A program made the translations under genes and the position numbers. From contig RSEE01000016.1 of NCBI GenBank assembly GCA_003971905.1, positions 1-64,000 of the forward strand: DNA of 64,000 nt, read 5' to 3'. The notes beneath the pieces were generated by a model. The model made no database searches and was not told where the DNA came from. It saw only the letters and a program-made list of their open reading frames with translations. The DNA is from Moniliella sp. 'wahieum' (taxonomy: Eukaryota). Below, piece after piece: positions 53,195 to 64,000 of this stretch; within the stretch, counting starts at the first letter, position 1, and every line of letters starts with the position of its first letter.

Positions 53195-54471
53195 ATGGCA
53201 TTCTCCGGTCTACTCGGCTCGTCCAAGACGCCGCCCAAGGACAAGGATCAGGAGAATGCTGACGACATGGAGGAGCTCGACGAGGAGAATGGTAGCATAC
53301 TCCTCAGCCTGATTGGACAGCTTCGCATTGGGATGGATCTTTCCCGCGTTACCCTACCCACCTTCGTCCTTGAGCCTCGCTCGATGCTCGAGCGCATCAC
53401 TGACTTTATGTCTCACCCACCCCGACCTCATCTTTGGCGCGGGTAAGATCGAGGACCCAACGGAACGTTTTGTCGCGGTCATGCGCTACTACCTTGCCGG
53501 ATGGCATATTAAGCCCAAGGGCGTAAAGAAACCGTACGCGTCTTTCTAACCTCCCCGCCCACTCCCTTTGGCGCGATTCCACCTCTAATTTCATCGTGTG
53601 CATCTGCAGGTATAATCCTGTGCTGGGAGAGTTTTTTGAGTGTTCTTACACTTACGCTGACGGTTCTCACGGTTATTATATCGCAGAGCAAGGTGAGTAG
53701 CTCCTTTTATTAGGTTTTGCTTGACACTAATTCCAGTTCGCCAGTGTCACACCACCCCCCCATCAGCGCCTACTTTTATTGTTCGCCCACCACAATGTGC
53801 TTATTTATGGCGAGCTGAAGCCGAAGAGCAAATTCTTGGGTAACAGTGCCGCGACGCTCATGGGCGGTGGAGCCGAGTTGTGCTCCTTGACCGCCCCAAC
53901 GATGGGGAGTATGTTATGGGATGCCCAACATGTACGCCGCGGAATCCTGTTCGGCAAGATGATCTTGGAATTGGGCGACACGTCCCAAATCGAGTGTAAG
54001 GCCACTAACATGGCCTGCACGGTCGAGTTCAAGACCAAGGGCTACTTTACCGGCACATACAACGCCATTGAAGGTAAGGTGGCCAAACAGGGCAAGAGCG
54101 TGGGCCAGGTGAGCGGCAAGTGGTCTGATGAGATGAGTTACAAGAACGGGTCGACAGGCAAGACGTCGGTCCTTTTTTCAGCCAAATCTGCAGTGATTGC
54201 CCCGAAATCAGTCCGTCCCGAAGCTGAGCAAGCTCCAAACGAGTCGCGTCGTCTATGGGCGCAGGTAACCAAGGCGATCCTGACCAAGGACATGAACGGG
54301 GCGACTGAGCACAAGACGGCAATCGAGGATGCGCAGCGGCGTTCGACGCGAGAACGCGAGGAAAACACTTGGATTTTGTTCCTCGATTCTTTGTTTATGT
54401 TGAATCGCTTGGGAGATACGTGCCCCGCATTCATGCCCTGCCAGCTCCGTTCAAGGCCCCCGCTGTGGTAG
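53195..54471 (+). CDS. Oxysterol-binding protein homologue, Osh6/Osh7 type; at least 2 introns
   Basis: SLIGQLRIGMDLSRVTLPTFVLEPRSMLERI, KKP|YNPVLGE, IAEQ|VSHHPP signature split by an intron, NESRRLW, KTAIEDAQR. Confidence 0.9.
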
Positions 54472-55832
54472 ACTACTTTTCTCAGTTGCACGCGTAAACT
54501 ACTCCTCCTCGGCTTCTGTCCCACTGTATCACTCTCTTAGCATTGTTCAACCGGCAACATACTTGCTGTGGTTTCCCTCCACGTCGGAATCATTCTTTCA
54601 CCCTCTCCCCACCCCGATCTGCTGGCAGACCCAATAATAGTCACAAATTCCTGCGCTTATTGCCCCCGTACCATCCGTCCTAAGCAGTAGCGACTGAGGA
54701 CGCGGGCATTCTGCCCATGTATATCCATGTGGAGGATACCCATCAGACTTCAATCCATAAGCACTAATAGCCGTTTGAACATGATTCTTAGCCCGAACGA
54801 CTGAGGGGTATTTAGGCCCCGCTCTGGCTGGTTGCAGTGGTGCTACACCCCACATGACCGCTTCGGCTGGCTCATGCCAATGGGCAGTACCAGTTGGTAA
54901 CCGGCAATGCTATTGTCGATTGGCTGGACCGGTCGGGTGCAGCTCTTAGCGACATGCGTAAACCATTTAAATTAGCCGCTGACCGGTGACCGGTGACCGG
55001 CGAGGCACCCAACCCAGAGACACTAAGTCGTACTGGTGGGGCAATGTGGAGTCCAATTCCGCTACAGCGGAACTGGTGGAGGCATATGCGCAAACTCTGC
55101 GTCTGTTTGGGCGCACAAAAAGAGTAACCCTATCCCCAAGTGGGCACAAAAAGAGGGCGACCCAAAAGCAGAGCTTCTTGGCATCTGACCACCACCAACC
55201 TTCCTCCAAGCTTCCAACCTTGCCCAAACGATCCTTTGGTTACTCAAGCTCTGATCGCTGACTCTGCGTACTTGGAAGAAAACGTCATCGCTTGCAACTG
55301 GCGCGAGTGGCCTTCAAGGGATGCACGACAGCGCAAGCTCGATTGCGCACGCCGGTCTATTCACCCTCCAGTGGCGAGCAATCGTAACACCACTGGCAGT
55401 GGTTCTGCTAATGCCGGCAAGAAGGAATACGACGGGAATAAAGTTCACAGACCAAAGCTTGCCCATGCTTTGACTCTGTCTACGACCCGTTGTACATGCC
55501 TTGTGCTTCCTCTCAAAATCTATTTATCATTTTTCCGTGTTTGGGCACTTGTCTCGATGTAGCTCTTGAGTTGGCGTGAACGTTGAATTGAGCGAGCGCT
55601 GAGCGCATTGAACGGCAAGCTTCATGACGCCTGGGGATGGTGCGATTTCTTCTGCAGCTGTAACCAGTTACCGGCGATTGGCGACTGCGAACGCCTGGTG
55701 GAGGGCCGACGCCGTGCTGATGACACCGCTGTAGCCCCAGAACGCTTGGCGGCAAAAAGCCTCCGCCGCCTCCGCCGCCGGTGGGAGGAGGGACAGGGTG
55801 TTGAAAGTTTGACGCTTAGAGGCATCGCGGCC

Positions 55833-58800
55833 ATGTCGATGCACGCAGAGCGCGGTGCTCCACGCTCCACCACCATCGCCAGCATCCCGCCTGGCATGTC
55901 CACTCCTGCTGCTTCATCTGTCACACCGCCCGTGCCGCCGTTCCTCGCACAGCCAAGCCTCCGCCCAGTCTTGGATCCCTCATCGCCCAGCCTGCGGTCG
56001 ATGCAGTGCCCGAGGCACCCTTGCGACTCGTCCTCGGTCTCGCCGCCACCCCCTCGCCAGCCTCCTCTTCGCCTTCGCGCTGGGGAGATGGTCCCGCACT
56101 GCCTCAGGGCAACTGGCGAGCGCGTCTGGCTCTGCTTTCGATTCCTCCCTCTCCCCCGGACGATAATCCGGGGCACAAGCGACGACGAGGACGCGGACAC
56201 ATTTGCTGACCTTACGGATGTATCATCACCCTCGCTGCTGCCCCAAGTCGTCAAGCTGGACCACCGCGATTGCCTCGTGGCCTTCACGTCACATTTCGGA
56301 CTACTTAGATGATCCTGAGTATGTTGGGGGACTGCCCTAGGTTGTCGCGATGGCAGTGTCTGGCTCATGCGGCCAGCGCGCCTCCAACCACCAGCCCCGC
56401 CTCCATCTCATCTACCCCCTTCAGGCTCTTCCCCGCCCAGTGTACGGTCGCGCGTGGTGAGTATGACCCGCCCTCGCGTTAATCCTGTGTACAGCCCACC
56501 TCCCGGTGAGCATCGTGCTTCCATTGTGTCCATTACTTCGACCCCAGCTCGCACTCACGGCGTTGGGGCTGGGACCAAGGCAGTTACTTCCCCAGCCGAC
56601 TCGGTCTCGCCGCCTGCACATCCCCTGCACATCTACCATTCCAATGAGGACTTGCGCTCGCTCGCTCCCAGTGGCATAGCATCTCCCACCACTGGGTTCG
56701 CCCCCATGCCGATTGCTGCGTCTGCCGTGTCCACCATGGTCGAGGTCGATGTACCTGAGCCTGCTCCTACCCCAACGTCACGCCACCAACCTTCTGCAGA
56801 GGCGCTTTTGGAGCAGCAGTATCACGCTGGCGAAGGTACTCTTGCTTCCATGCTCGGTCACCTTGCGGGTAAACACAAGCACCACCATTCGCGAGTTCCC
56901 AGCCCAGGCCATCCCCGGCTGCCCTCTCACACCCGCTGCCCAATTAGCACATCAGCAACATTCGCATCCCTTACGTCACTCCCTTTCGCTCCACAAGTCG
57001 CCGGATGCCCCTCGCTCAGAGGCTCCTAGCGCTACCAGCCCACATACTCCTACGTCAAGGAGTCCTCATCCCTTGCCTGATATGGCTCTTGAGCTTGTGC
57101 CCCATGCCCATTTGGTCCACGCTGACGACTCTTCCCCTACTACCTCACTAGTAGTGGCTACGGTTTCTCGATCCGTTCCCGATGGGTTGGCGGCGGAAGA
57201 TATTCCCTCACCTGAGCCTGTTTTAGTTGTCCTCCAAGCCTCGGGATCGCTTACGACTTGGTCTCTTTCCGAGGGTCGTCAGGTGGGGCAGGCCCAGCTG
57301 AACCGATCTAAGGTGTACACATCTACCTCGGTCCTCGCACCTTCAACCGGACCCAGTCACGATGGAGGGTTTTTTACTCCTCTTGTGGCTCAGGGTCTGG
57401 CAGCGCTACGCTCCCGTGCCTCCAGCCCAGCTCCTGGAGTGCCCAAACAAGATTCCACCCAAGCCTCAGGCCCAAGCCTATCGGTCCCTGGATCTCCGAA
57501 GCGAACAGAACACCGCCCTATCGGCCGCGCTGCATCGCACAATAATCTGGCACATCTGGCTCAACTTTCCCCCATGAATCAGGCAGCGGCCGGCGACGAG
57601 GGATCGCCCGAGTGGGTGGAACAAGACCGGTTGCTTCAGTGTGACTTTAAGGAAGTACGCGTTTTGGACCCAGAAGGAGATAATGCAGCCCCACTGCTGG
57701 TTGCATTTGATGAGTTGCGCCAGACGGTTGTGTTGCTTACCCTCTTGCCTGATGGAGCGATCCATGTCAAGGGGCATGTTGCTTACCCCCCTGGAGTGGT
57801 CAGCCACACACAAATCGCCGTCTTGCCTGCCTCGGTCTCGGCACCCCAGCCGCCTGTGCCTGCATCAGGGTTGCTGTCCCCTACCCTTGGGCGATCGGCA
57901 AACTCGTCGCCTGACCCCCAACCTGCTATCAGGTTCCTTGCGCTTCGATTGGGCCGCTTATTGGAGCGCATGGTTTGGCCTGACGGGTCGCCTGTCCCCC
58001 GCTTGGGCCACATGCTCACCTCCACGGGGAGCAAGCCCTCGCTCCAGCGGCGTATCAATTCGACAGCCCCGACGACTGGTGCCCCCCTTCATTCATCCAC
58101 TGTCGACGCAGAGCCAGATTGGATCGACCTTCTGGCATTAGAGGTTGAGGTAGGAGGGCAACGTGGTCCGGCTGAAGGAATCTTTTCGCTTGGCATCCAG
58201 CTGGTCGCTTGGAACTCGGGTGGTTTGGGGGTAAATATACTCATCTATCCTTCATTGTCTGTACTGACACTTCCCAGCTCTTTTCGCTTTGTGACCAGGT
58301 ATACAGCCAAATCGATTCAGCCCAGGTTGCGGACGAGCCCATCCGCAACGTCACGGTTCGGCCAAGCGTGTCGGGTTCCGTGCTGAGCTTGGACACAGAT
58401 GGAGGACATCGTTGGGCTACTGTCTTGCACAGTCAGTCCTCCGCCTGGAAGGTGGAAACACTCATGATACCCCCTGGAGCAGTGATGGCACACCCGTTCC
58501 CCTCAGGTCGAGGTAAGGCCTTATCTGAATACGCTTTGGCCGTGAAAGAGGAGGATGCGTTAAGCGTGTGTGCGGTGAACAAGATGGAGGGACATTCCAT
58601 GCTCCTTTACCGTTCCTCCCCGACTATCCAAGTGCACGAGCTGGCTGTCCCCCTGAGCTTGGATCACCTTTTTCTCATTCACCCCAGCGGTAGCATTCGT
58701 ATCTCCAATGCCCAATCCCTGGCGCGCGGTGAAGCACAGTTGCGTCTCGGTGGGCACAATGGGTTTACAGCAGTCAAGATCGTGCTGCAACCCATGGCCC

Positions 58801-61085
58801 GGCGTAGGCTGATTTTGGCTGGAACCGTGCAGGGGGATCTATTGCTGTGGTCAGTATGGAACCCTCAGGAGCCTGGGTTGCTCAACAAGTTTAACGTCTT
58901 GGATGCGGCGGTGGTACGGATCGTGCCCCTTCCTCCCTCCCTCCCCCAGAAGGGTATGACATGGCCAATGCCCTCCATGATTTGGTTGCGTGCGTCAGCG
59001 CCGACGGCATGGTGGCCTTGGTGCAGATTGAGACATTCCAAGTGAGCCTGCTGGTTCCAGGCCGTGGGAGCCCATTGTCTGTCATCGCAGTTCAAGGGTT
59101 CACTCTTATGCTCATCTATGCTGATGAGTCGGCTCGGATTTGGGACTTGCGCACGCAGGAGCTACGGCAATGTGTCCCTGCCGCACGGGCGTATGCGCTC
59201 TTGGCTCACCCCGAGGTGAGCACCCTCGCGATGCCTGGCCCAGCGCTACCGCAAGCCTTAGCAAAAGAGAACTCCGTCAGCCCACAACCTGTTCGCTGGA
59301 CCGTTCACGATCTGCGTGACGACGCCCGTGGCACCAGCCTCAAGATCAAGACGGGAATTCTTACTGTCCCGGATCGTCTACCCCCCATGGGGGTTCTTCC
59401 CGCTTTGGAAGCGGACCTGCGCAAGGCTATTGATGCGGCGCACAAGGCTTTGACCAAAGCAATGCACACTCCAAACCTGGCAAACTCGGTGGGAGCAGCG
59501 CCATGTGTGGTCTTGCCTTGCCAGCAGCAAGAAAAGCTTTGGCGGTGCTTAGTCCCTTCTTGGCTGCCCTGTTACCGGCCTCAGCTGAGGTGGGAAAGGA
59601 TTTGGCTTCGGCTTTGGGCTGGCCTGAGAATAGGAAAGAGGTGATCTCTTACCTCGGCCTCCGCCTGCCCATGTCCTCGGTGTATGCCACGGTGGGTAGG
59701 CAGGCCGCGTCCTACTACCCCCCTGTGTACACGCTGCAAATGGTTGCGGTTTTGGCTATGCTGAGTACTGTGGGAAGCATTGCGGAGGTGCATCCTGATG
59801 CAATCCGAGCCCATGAATCCATTCTCCTTCGTGCCTCCGAAGGAGGAGCTTTCCATCATGGCACTATCTCCCTTTCCACGTTGGCGCCGTTTGTGTTTGA
59901 CGCCAATCCACACCTGGCCTGGGCATCCCAAACGCTATGTGATGCGGCGCTGCAGGGTGTTGCCGATGGACGAGTGGTAGAGTCTATTACTGATCTGTAT
60001 ACTTCCGCTATACGTCCTATCGACTCGGTCCCCCATCAGCCACCCCAGCGGTCAAGCAACTGGCACGCAAGCAAGGATACAACTCCACATCCTTGGACGC
60101 CCCACCAGAGTCGGCTGCCCGCCGAGACGGTGGCTCTTTTGGGCTTCTTGGCATGCCGTCGGGTGGCACTAATGTCCACCCCCATCTTACGAGACGTCTC
60201 CATCTCTGTCGAAGCCTTTCTCAACGACTCTCTTAGTTTGGGAAAGCAGTTTATTGCCATCCAACTGTGTATGGAGGGCTTTGGCATCTGGCAAAACTAC
60301 ATTGATCCTATGGAGCTACTCCGTACTCTGTTCCGTGTCGCTTGGCACGACCCGGCTTCCTCGTCCGAGGGGGCAGAGGCGCGCACGGTGCGCACGACGG
60401 CAATGGAGGTGACGCTCCGGATCGCATATGTCAACACGCCCCTCTTCATGTCGACCCTTGTTCACGACATGCTCTATCCACGCACGCTGACGGACTGGCG
60501 GGCAAGTATGGCGCTCGTTACTCATTTGGTCCAAAGCGATCCGGGTCTTTTGGTCAACGAGGTGCCCAGGCTGACCGAGGCGGTGGTTCGTGCCCTGGAC
60601 CCGCCTTCATCTCTCCTCTCTTCCGCCCCGGCCGGTCGGAAGGAAGTTCTGCGTGCCGAGGCGATCCAGATGATTGACGCTTTAGTTCGCACCTTCCCTA
60701 CTGTTACCTTTAATGAAGCGAGCCAGCGCCTGGCCGTCGGCACCCTCGAAGGAGGAGTGGTCGCCTACGATGTCCGGGCCGTATCGCGGTTGTACGTGAT
60801 TGAGGCCCACCCGTTGGGCCGGTACACCTTGTGTCCTTCTCGCCGGACGGACGGAGGCTCGTGTCCCTTGGCCTGAACGACCAAGGAGGGACGGCACGCG
60901 TGTGGAAGACAGGCACGACGCTGGCCTCGGTGTTTAGCTTGGGCTCCCTCCCGCGCCAGGGAGGGAACGATCCTCTGGGGGCGTACAAAGCTGTCCGGGT
61001 GCACGTGTCGGACCAACCATTCGAGTGGGAACCCCACTTGTCTGCGACTGGATCGGCAACCACGCCACGGCCCATCTCCAGGTAG
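55833..61085 (+). CDS. Large WD40 protein of the WDR7/WDR72 (rabconnectin-3 beta) family; frameshifted; start uncertain
   Basis: C-terminal AIQLCMEGFGIWQNYID, LTEAVVRALDP, FPTVTF..SQRLAVGTLEG..YDVR, SFSPDGRRLVS; WD-like LGCRDGSVW, YADESARIWDL. Confidence 0.7.
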
Positions 61086-61434
61086 GTGGGGTGGGACTCT
61101 CGTTCGATACAACGTGAGTGTTGATGCCTTTGCCGTCGCAGCATTCCCTCTTTTGTTCGTACTATGCATTTGCCGTCCTTAAAACTACTAAACGTTTGAC
61201 ATCATGCCCGCCTTCACGAGCTCACGACACGTATAAAAATCGGAGGTTTGTCAAATGTATCAACAGTTGTGCGGATGCGTAGGCCAGTAGTATAAAGCCT
61301 GTGTTTCTTCATGTTGCTTAGTCCACATGCACACAGCTTGCTTCATCGGTTAATCTGCCGAAGACAAGTCCTCTCAACGACGATGGAGGAGGGAACATGT
61401 GAGCGTGGTTCTTGTGACACATGTGACATGTGAT

Positions 61435-61688
61435 GAGACCTGGAGTCCTGAGGCCTGATGGTCCTCGAGGGTGATGCAATCGCACTGGTGGTGGTAGTGT
61501 GGCAGTGTGGCAACCAGCAATACCTCCAAAGGATCATCGATCATCAAGCAACGAGTCGCCATCAGGGGCTAAGCTGTGGGACAAGGAGGAAAACACAGGA
61601 GAGGGAAAACAGCGGAACTCCTAGTAGGCCTGAGGAGGAACTGAAGGGACATAGGCCAAAGCACGAGCCACCTAGCTCAACATCTTGA
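61435..61688 (+). repeat. Dispersed repeat, copy 2 (~250 bp; longer than copy 1 by short duplications)
   Basis: Colinear with 33739-33960. Confidence 0.9.
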
Positions 61689-62697
61689 ATAATAAGAGTG
61701 CGGTTATCATCGCTTAAAGAGACGTCTCATGAGAACCATGTGGCATTACAAGCGTTTCACGCTTGGTCTTTCCTGGCATGAGCGATTTTTACTTGGACTA
61801 GAAGAAGGGCGTTCATATATACATGGTGTTGCTATATATGTGTCCGTGTTACAGCCATCGCGGAACAGGCGCCAATACGTAGATTGTCCAGATGAGAACT
61901 ACAACATGCGTTTCTCCTGCACTTGATACCAAAACCATTCGCACTACAGCCCATTTCAGGTCTCACAGTATAAATGGCCAGTGCATCTCCTGCAGCGCAC
62001 AGTTCATATTCTGTCTACAAGTCAATATCGTTCTCGCTATCCCTCCATTATATAGTTGTTACTAGGTCAGCATCTTTGATTCACTTAGAAGGGGTACATG
62101 AGAAACGTCATGAATCAGTAATCAGTCGGCATAGAGAAACAGATATTAGCACTTAAAAGGGGTGTGTGCATTAGGGCCATTAGTAAGCTTCTGTTTTATA
62201 TATACACTATACAGATGGGAATTCGGAAAGAGGGTTCCACGCCGAAGAGTCAAGATGGAGAGTCCGTGCCTTACAAGGAAGACATGCTCACACGTCCGTA
62301 CCTCGTTTTATAGTCTTCACCATAAGGTGGCATGCATATCAGAGCCTCGACGATATTTAAGGAGGCAGAAAAAGAGTTTGAAAAGACAGAGCGTACCCTG
62401 AGGCCTGATCCCGTTAGAGATCAAAAAAGGACGAAGTCATTATATGGTTGCAGACCGTGGATATCTCCCCTCTGTATATCTCCTCTGTCTTGTCGTCCCA
62501 ACACACTTCGGTAGAATCACGGACCAATCCCTGTCGGCAAAGCTTGGCAGCTTCCCTTGTGTTTTGACGAAGAAAACACATAAAAGCATGTAGAGTGTGA
62601 AACCATACGTTCTCCCCACAACATAAAACCTCTTCTCTTTTTGCTGCCTGTTGTAACACGGTACGCTTCCTACTGTTGCTCTCCTCACACCAAGAAG

Positions 62698-63946
62698 ATG
62701 CTTTGCTTGAAGGCTTTGCTTTTCATTGCGATTGCCGTTCCCGCTTGTGCGATTGAAACAGGTTCCCCCCTCGAAAGGATCATGGGAGATTTCATCGTTT
62801 CCAACTTCGTTACTCCGGCCTACGACAGTATCTGCCCCGACGCAGTGGGGGCAGCTACACGCTGGCTATGAATGCTGAGACGCCCCAAGACTTTTATAAA
62901 CTGGTTTGGATTCTCCGTCCAAACTGACACAAGCGGCGGCGTCGTTTCGTACGTGAGCAAGGCGACGGCCAGCGGTTCGGCTATGCTTTGGACGGGCCAA
63001 AATGGTGGACTGGCCTTTGGGCCCGACACCAAAACAACAGGACAAAACCCACGTCATTCCATTCGGCTGGTGTCCAACCAGACTTGGGGGTATGGCGCGT
63101 ATATTTGGGATGTGTCCCACGTCCCTTCCGATTGCGGAACCTGGCCTTCGTTGTGGACGACTACCATGTACAACTGGCCAAATGGAGGGGAGATGGATGT
63201 GTTTGAAGGTGTGAATGGGGTAGCACCAAATGAGGGCACTCTACACACAGGTGTGAGTTGCAACCAGGTTGGCACCCAAACGGGCACGACACGCAAATCG
63301 CAATGTCAGGGTGGGGAAGGATGCGGTGTGGAGTTCACGGGTTCTGACAATACCTTTGGGGACGGGTACGTTGACATATTCCTCCCCTTCGCACGTTTCT
63401 ACACTTACGCGTTTTCGATCTCTGACTTACTGAGCTTGTTTCCTTGTCAACGCACACAGATTGAACAATGCGGGAGGGGCCGTTTTTGCGCTAGTGTATA
63501 CGAGTACAAAAGTCCAGATGTGGAAGTTTGACCGCGACTCAGCCCCGGCGGGAACGACCGAGGGGACCAATCGACAATCAATCCAAGTTCCTGGTCTCCC
63601 GATGCGGCATGGACGTTGGGCGGGAACGGGTGTCCCGTATCGAGCGTCAACACGGCGCAGGCGATCGTGATGAACATTGACTTTTGTGGTGCTTGGGTTG
63701 ATGCCACACCTGGTTCCTGCAACTTTGGTTCGAGTGGGTGCGCCAATTACATTGCCAACAACCCAAGCAAACTTAAAATAGCTATTTTGATGTGAATCGG
63801 TACGTTTTGCGTCTCAGAGAAGCAGAGGGTATCGAGATGCTACCGCACTTATTCAGACCCATACTCATTCTTCTGTTGTTTTTTGCCTTGATGACCTCTT
63901 CAATGTGTATTTTGCGCACAACAGGTTCGCTCATTGGTCGATATAG
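62698..63946 (+). CDS. Secreted GH16 endo-beta-1,3(4)-glucanase (fungal Lam16A-like); two introns and indel errors
   Basis: Signal peptide MLCLKALLFIAIAVPACA, PRHSIRL, CGTWPSLW, WPNGGEMDVFEGVN (ExDxxE), NNAGGAVFA, IVMNIDFCGAW. Confidence 0.92.
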
Positions 63947-64000
63947 AGGAACTCTTCTGGTCGACCTGGCCTCAATGAAGGGAAGAGAGGACCTCTCCTC

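Noticed and set aside
54600..55600. Possible ncRNA or TE relic between the OSH and WDR7-like genes
   Set aside because: I could not recognise snRNA or snoRNA boxes or transposase motifs; an Rfam/BLASTX search would be needed.

Overview
This window is eukaryotic DNA from a GC-rich, gene-dense, intron-poor fungus. The gene sequences and GTACGT/GTATGT...CTRAC...YAG introns point to a basidiomycete, probably Ustilaginomycotina-like (inference). About 21 protein genes are recognisable: TRS20, RPT3, a DHA2 MFS pump, a GNAT, HAS1, an atypical NAD(P)-binding SDR, a CPS1-like GT2 polysaccharide synthase, MAG2/RNF10, PEX10, an ATF1-type bZIP, CCH1, RIP1, a SKN7-like factor, a PIN3/LSB1-like SH3 protein, SEC9, TMA46, a Gly-rich CAP/PR-1-like protein, VDAC, alpha-tubulin, OSH6/7, a WDR7-like protein and a GH16 glucanase. 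There is also an intron-containing tRNA-Asp(GTC). Most genes, including essential ones, are broken by 1-2 nt indels, which I read as uncorrected long-read errors, so CDS boundaries are approximate. Main unexplained signals: (1) Intergenic and promoter DNA repeatedly carries tandem arrays of 7-bp odd palindromes of the form NN-TNA-N'N' whose outer bases differ from locus to locus. (2) Two copies of a ~230-bp dispersed repeat differ by exactly such 7-bp units, which suggests a mutational or transposon-footprint process rather than one transcription-factor site. (3) The SKN7-like receiver domain has lost its acidic pocket and conserved Lys. (4) The PEX10 RING has Asp at a zinc-ligand Cys position.
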